64,000 nt of DNA from assembly GCA_027008775.1 (NCBI GenBank), contig JALVDV010000001.1, forward strand, positions 3,889 to 67,888. Reading direction: 5' to 3'. A model generated the notes under the pieces. The model saw only the letters and a list, made by a program, of their open reading frames with translations, searched no databases and had not been told where the DNA came from. A program made the position numbers and the translations under genes. This stretch comes from Candidatus Moraniibacteriota bacterium (GTDB taxonomy: Bacteria > Patescibacteriota > Minisyncoccia > Moranbacterales > DUUL01). Shown here one piece after another: positions 60,324 to 64,000 of the stretch; positions within the stretch are counted from its first letter, which is position 1, and every line of letters starts with the position of its first letter.

Positions 60324-61598
60324 ATGTTGAAAATTCCGGAAAAATATACTTTAGATAACGGTCTCAGAGTCTTGCTTTTGCCTCAAAAAAACTCTCTCTC
60401 CACCATTGCGCAAATCTTTGTCAATGTCGGTTCCAAAGATGAAAGTTTAAAAACCAGCGGCATTTCTCACTTTATTGAACATATGGTCTTTAAGGGAACA
60501 AGAAAAAGACCAACACCCAAGAAACTTACCGAGGAAATTGAAAGAGTGGGCGGACAATCCAATGCCTACACCGGCCAAGAAGAAACATCTTACTGGGTAA
60601 AAATGCCCGCCAAATATTCCTCATTGGCGCTAGACATTGTCTCAGACATATTCCTTTTTCCACTATTTCGTTCCGAAGAACTGGAAAAAGAAAGAGGGGT
60701 TATTTTGCAAGAAATGGCCATGTACGAGGATCAGCCAATGCGAGTGGTGGAAGAAAAATTTTACCAACTGGCCTACGGCAATCAACCGGCTGGTCGCAAA
60801 ATAATTGGTTCAAGCGAAAATATTAAAAATTTTAGCATTCAAGATTTAAAAGAATATAAAGAAAGGAGATATCTACCCCAATCATCGGTTCTGGTGGTGG
60901 CCGGAAGTTTTAATCTCTCTCAAATTAAAAAACAGATAGAAGAAACTTTTTCTGTTTTGAAAAAGAAAAGAAAACTTCGCCGGCAAAAAACAATTATCAA
61001 ACAAAAAGAACCACAACTAAGCTTCACTGTTAAAAAAACCGACCAAGCCCATTTAATACTCGGATTTCATTCTTTTGATCTCTATCATCCACAACGCCGG
61101 GCTTTGGAACTCCTTTCTGTCATTCTAGGAGGAGGAATGAGCTCCCGATTATTTATAGAAATTAGAGAAAGAAAAGGACTGGCCTACTATGTTAATGCTC
61201 ACAACGACTTCAGTCAAGATTCCGGTCTTTTTCTGATTCAAGCGGGAGTTGGTCCGGAAAATCTTGAGAAAACGATCAAAATCATTCTTCAAGAGTTAAG
61301 AAAAATAGTGCGGAAAAAAGTCGGTGTGAGAGAACTGCACAAAGCCAAGGAAAGAATAAAAGGCGGTCTGACTATGGGATTGGAAACAATCCAAGCCCAA
61401 GCTTCCTTTTTCGGCAACCAAGAGCTTTTCTATAATAAAACCAAATCCCTCAGAGAAATTTTGGACGAATATGAGCAAATAGATGCCACCGCCATCCAAA
61501 AAATTGCCACTGAAGTCTTTGTCAACAACAGACTAAATCTGGCTGTTGTCGGTCCCTCTGGGGAAAACGACAAAATTAAAAATTTGCTAGAAATCTAG
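60324..61598 (+). CDS. M16 family zinc peptidase (pitrilysin-like)
   Basis: GISHFIEHMVFKGT (HxxEH), NAYT, GGGMSSRLF..IRE..GLAY. Confidence 0.94.
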   Translation: MLKIPEKYTLDNGLRVLLLPQKNSLSTIAQIFVNVGSKDESLKTSGISHFIEHMVFKGTRKRPTPKKLTEEIERVGGQSNAYTGQEETSYWVKMPAKYSSLALDIVSDIFLFPLFRSEELEKERGVILQEMAMYEDQPMRVVEEKFYQLAYGNQPAGRKIIGSSENIKNFSIQDLKEYKERRYLPQSSVLVVAGSFNLSQIKKQIEETFSVLKKKRKLRRQKTIIKQKEPQLSFTVKKTDQAHLILGFHSFDLYHPQRRALELLSVILGGGMSSRLFIEIRERKGLAYYVNAHNDFSQDSGLFLIQAGVGPENLEKTIKIILQELRKIVRKKVGVRELHKAKERIKGGLTMGLETIQAQASFFGNQELFYNKTKSLREILDEYEQIDATAIQKIATEVFVNNRLNLAVVGPSGENDKIKNLLEI

Positions 61599-61772
61599 TT
61601 TGATTTTTGACTTGTCCGGAAAAATTTGCTAGCATTGAAAAGCAAGAACTTATCTAGGGTCTTTCTTTCCAATATTCAGTCAAACAGAAAATAGCATCCG
61701 GAAAGTTTGATGGACAAAGAATCTAGAAGGAGAACCCTGAACAAGTTAAAAATAATCACAAAAAGTATCACT

Positions 61773-62216
61773 ATGAAAGTTATTCTGACAGAAAATATTA
61801 AAAACATCGGACAACGCGGTGAAATAATAGATGTTAAAGACGGTTTTGCCCGTAATTTCCTTTTTCCGCAAAAAAAGGCGCGACCGGCTACGGAAAATAA
61901 CATTCGCCTAATTGAAAAAGAAAAAGAAAAAGAACTGCAAAAAGAGGAAGAGAACAAACAAGAAAGCCTGATTGAAAAGAAAAAAATAGAAGGGCAGAAG
62001 ATTGATTTAAAAGTAAAAGCTGAGAAGGAAAAGATTTTCGGTTCCTTGAGCGAAAAAGAAATTAAAAAAGCATTAGAAGAAGAGGGAATAGAGTTAAAAT
62101 TGGGAAAAATTAAATTATCGGAAAAAATCAAAAAACTGGGCGGTTACCAAATAGAAGTATATTGGCCCGGTGATATCAAGACAGAATTTACTTTGACGGT
62201 AACAGCCGAAAAATAA
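61773..62216 (+). CDS. rplI: 50S ribosomal protein L9 (ATG 61773)
   Basis: MKVIL..G..G..VKDGFARNFLFP, IFGS, IK.LG. Confidence 0.95.
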   Translation: MKVILTENIKNIGQRGEIIDVKDGFARNFLFPQKKARPATENNIRLIEKEKEKELQKEEENKQESLIEKKKIEGQKIDLKVKAEKEKIFGSLSEKEIKKALEEEGIELKLGKIKLSEKIKKLGGYQIEVYWPGDIKTEFTLTVTAEK

Positions 62217-62287
62217 AAATACCCAGATCAAATAAGGAGGGGGCAAATCTGCTCTCTTTTAAGTTTTTCAAAATTTAATTTAATCTT

Positions 62288-63934
62288 ATGGCCAAAACAA
62301 AATACATTTTTGTCCTAGGGGGAGTGATGTCAGGCATCGGGAAAGGTGTAGCCACCTCTTCCATTGGAAAAATAATCCAGTCCCACGGCTACAAAGTAAC
62401 GGTTATGAAAATAGATCCATACGTCAATGTTGACGCGGGCACTATGAATCCAACCGAACACGGCGAAGTTTTTGTTTTGGAAAGCGGTCTGGAAACAGAT
62501 CAGGATATGGGAAACTACGAAAGATTTCTAAACATCACCTTGCCACCGGATAATTATATGACCACCGGCAGTGTCTATCAAACCGTCATAAACCGAGAAA
62601 GAAATCTGGAATACAAAGGGAAATGCGTCCAAATAATCCCCCATATCACCAACGAAGTTATTAATAAAATCAAAAAAGCCGGTCAAAAAAACAAGGCCGA
62701 TGTAGTTATTGTGGAAATCGGTGGAACAACCGGCGATTATGAAAATCAGCTTTTCACGGAAGCCGCCCGGCAAATGAAACTACGCGATCCGGACAACGTT
62801 CTTTTTGTAATGCTTTCTTACATCCCTTATCCGCAGAAAATCGGAGAAATGAAAACCAAGCCGACTCAACAAGCCGTCCGTTTGTTAAATGCCGCCGGAG
62901 TTCAACCGGAAATCATCATTGCTCGCAGTGAAAGGAAAATTGATGACAAACGCAAAGAAAAAATAGCTCTCTTCTGTAATGTAGAACCGGAAGCTGTTAT
63001 TTCCGCTCCCGACGTGGAATCTATTTACGATGTTCCCTTGAATTTTGAAAAAGACGGTTTTGCCAAAGTTATCCTAAAAAAACTTGGTCTGAAAAACGGT
63101 GAAAAAACCGACTTTCGCCAATGGGATAAATTTGTCCAAAAAGTACACCAAGCTAAAGACAAGATAAAACTGGCGGTGGTTGGCAAATACTTCAACACCG
63201 GCGATTGTGTTTTGTCAGATTCCTATATTTCGGTTATTGAAGCAATTAAACATGCATCTTACAATAACGATTTGATTCCTCAGATAGATTGGATTGATGC
63301 CGAATTATTTGAAAAAGAGAAAAAGAAAGTTAAGATGTTGGCTGATTATGACGGCATAATTGTCCCCGGCGGTTTCGGCAGTCGTGGCATTGAAGGCATT
63401 ATCTCCAGCATTACCTTTGCCCGAGAAAACAAAATTCCTTACTTGGGCCTTTGTTACGGTATGCAATTAATGGTCATAGAATTCGCCCGCAACGTCCTGG
63501 GGCTAAAAAACGCTCACACCGCCGAGATAAAACCTCGCGCCAGAGACAAAGTAATTGACTTGATGGAAAAACAAAAAGCTCATCTGCGTCAGGGAATTTA
63601 CGGAGCCACTATGCGTCTCGGCGCCTATCCTTGTCGTCTTAAGTCAAAAACCATTGCCGCCAAGGCTTACGGCAAAAATAAAATCTCCGAAAGACATCGC
63701 CATCGTTACGAAGTTAACAATCAATATATTAAGCAGCTGGAAAAAGCCGGACTGATTTTTTCCGGCACCTCTCCCGATGGCCAACTGATGGAAATTGCCG
63801 AGCTACCGACAAAAATGCATCCTTTTATGCTTGGTAGTCAATTTCATCCCGAATTTACATCCTCGCCTTTAAAGCCAAACCCTTTGTTTAACGAGTTAAT
63901 AAAAACCATTAAACGAATCAAAAAAAGTAAATAA
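62288..63934 (+). CDS. pyrG: CTP synthase
   Basis: GGVMSGIGKG, KIDPYVNVDAGTM, KTKPTQ, GLCYGMQ, ERHRHRYE, QFHPE. Confidence 0.98.
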   Translation: MAKTKYIFVLGGVMSGIGKGVATSSIGKIIQSHGYKVTVMKIDPYVNVDAGTMNPTEHGEVFVLESGLETDQDMGNYERFLNITLPPDNYMTTGSVYQTVINRERNLEYKGKCVQIIPHITNEVINKIKKAGQKNKADVVIVEIGGTTGDYENQLFTEAARQMKLRDPDNVLFVMLSYIPYPQKIGEMKTKPTQQAVRLLNAAGVQPEIIIARSERKIDDKRKEKIALFCNVEPEAVISAPDVESIYDVPLNFEKDGFAKVILKKLGLKNGEKTDFRQWDKFVQKVHQAKDKIKLAVVGKYFNTGDCVLSDSYISVIEAIKHASYNNDLIPQIDWIDAELFEKEKKKVKMLADYDGIIVPGGFGSRGIEGIISSITFARENKIPYLGLCYGMQLMVIEFARNVLGLKNAHTAEIKPRARDKVIDLMEKQKAHLRQGIYGATMRLGAYPCRLKSKTIAAKAYGKNKISERHRHRYEVNNQYIKQLEKAGLIFSGTSPDGQLMEIAELPTKMHPFMLGSQFHPEFTSSPLKPNPLFNELIKTIKRIKKSK

Positions 63935-63956
63935 AAAACAACTAAAAAAACAAAAC

Positions 63957-63992
63957 ACGAAAAAGAAGTGCCAAAAGACACTTCTTTTTCGT
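63957..63992 (+). terminator. Intrinsic terminator after pyrG
   Basis: ACGAAAAAGAAGTG-loop-CACTTCTTTTTCGT. Confidence 0.75.
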
Positions 63993-64000
63993 ACTTTGCC

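Overview
AT-rich bacterial chromosome segment (genetic code 11, TGA used as stop) with almost all genes on the + strand. Gene content and style (short Rel, short AtpH and HrcA, A-rich leaders without Shine-Dalgarno sites) suggest a Patescibacteria/CPR (Parcubacteria-like) genome; this is an inference. Core content: mreBC-mrdA, yebC, ruvC, dnaB, recR, corA, yidD, rel, a heat-shock block (hrcA, grpE, hsp20, dnaK, two CIRCE sites), a complete F1Fo ATP synthase operon, rlmH, acetate-CoA ligase, recJ, nrdR-nrdD, prmC, frr, rseP, tRNA-Glu, polyprenyl synthase, uppS, clpB, trxA, an M16 peptidase, rplI and pyrG. Main observations: (1) the atp operon is repeatedly interrupted, and two four-helix-bundle (23S-IVP-like) genes each lie in the loop of a long-range stem built from heptamer repeats, with G-U pairs, that brings the upstream stop next to the downstream start; an orphan arm, an empty heptamer hairpin and an AbrB/VapC toxin-antitoxin pair occupy other junctions. 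(2) The left end carries a repeated polymorphic-toxin-like cassette (ATG-less pre-toxin/lipase, ankyrin immunity, small membrane protein) with a repeated homology box. (3) Unusual proteins include a NUDIX-GrpE fusion, an HD-domain protein with a possible ADP-ribosyltransferase domain, and a class III ribonucleotide reductase whose glycyl-radical motif is in a separate small ORF. All annotations come from motif recognition by eye; no searches were run.
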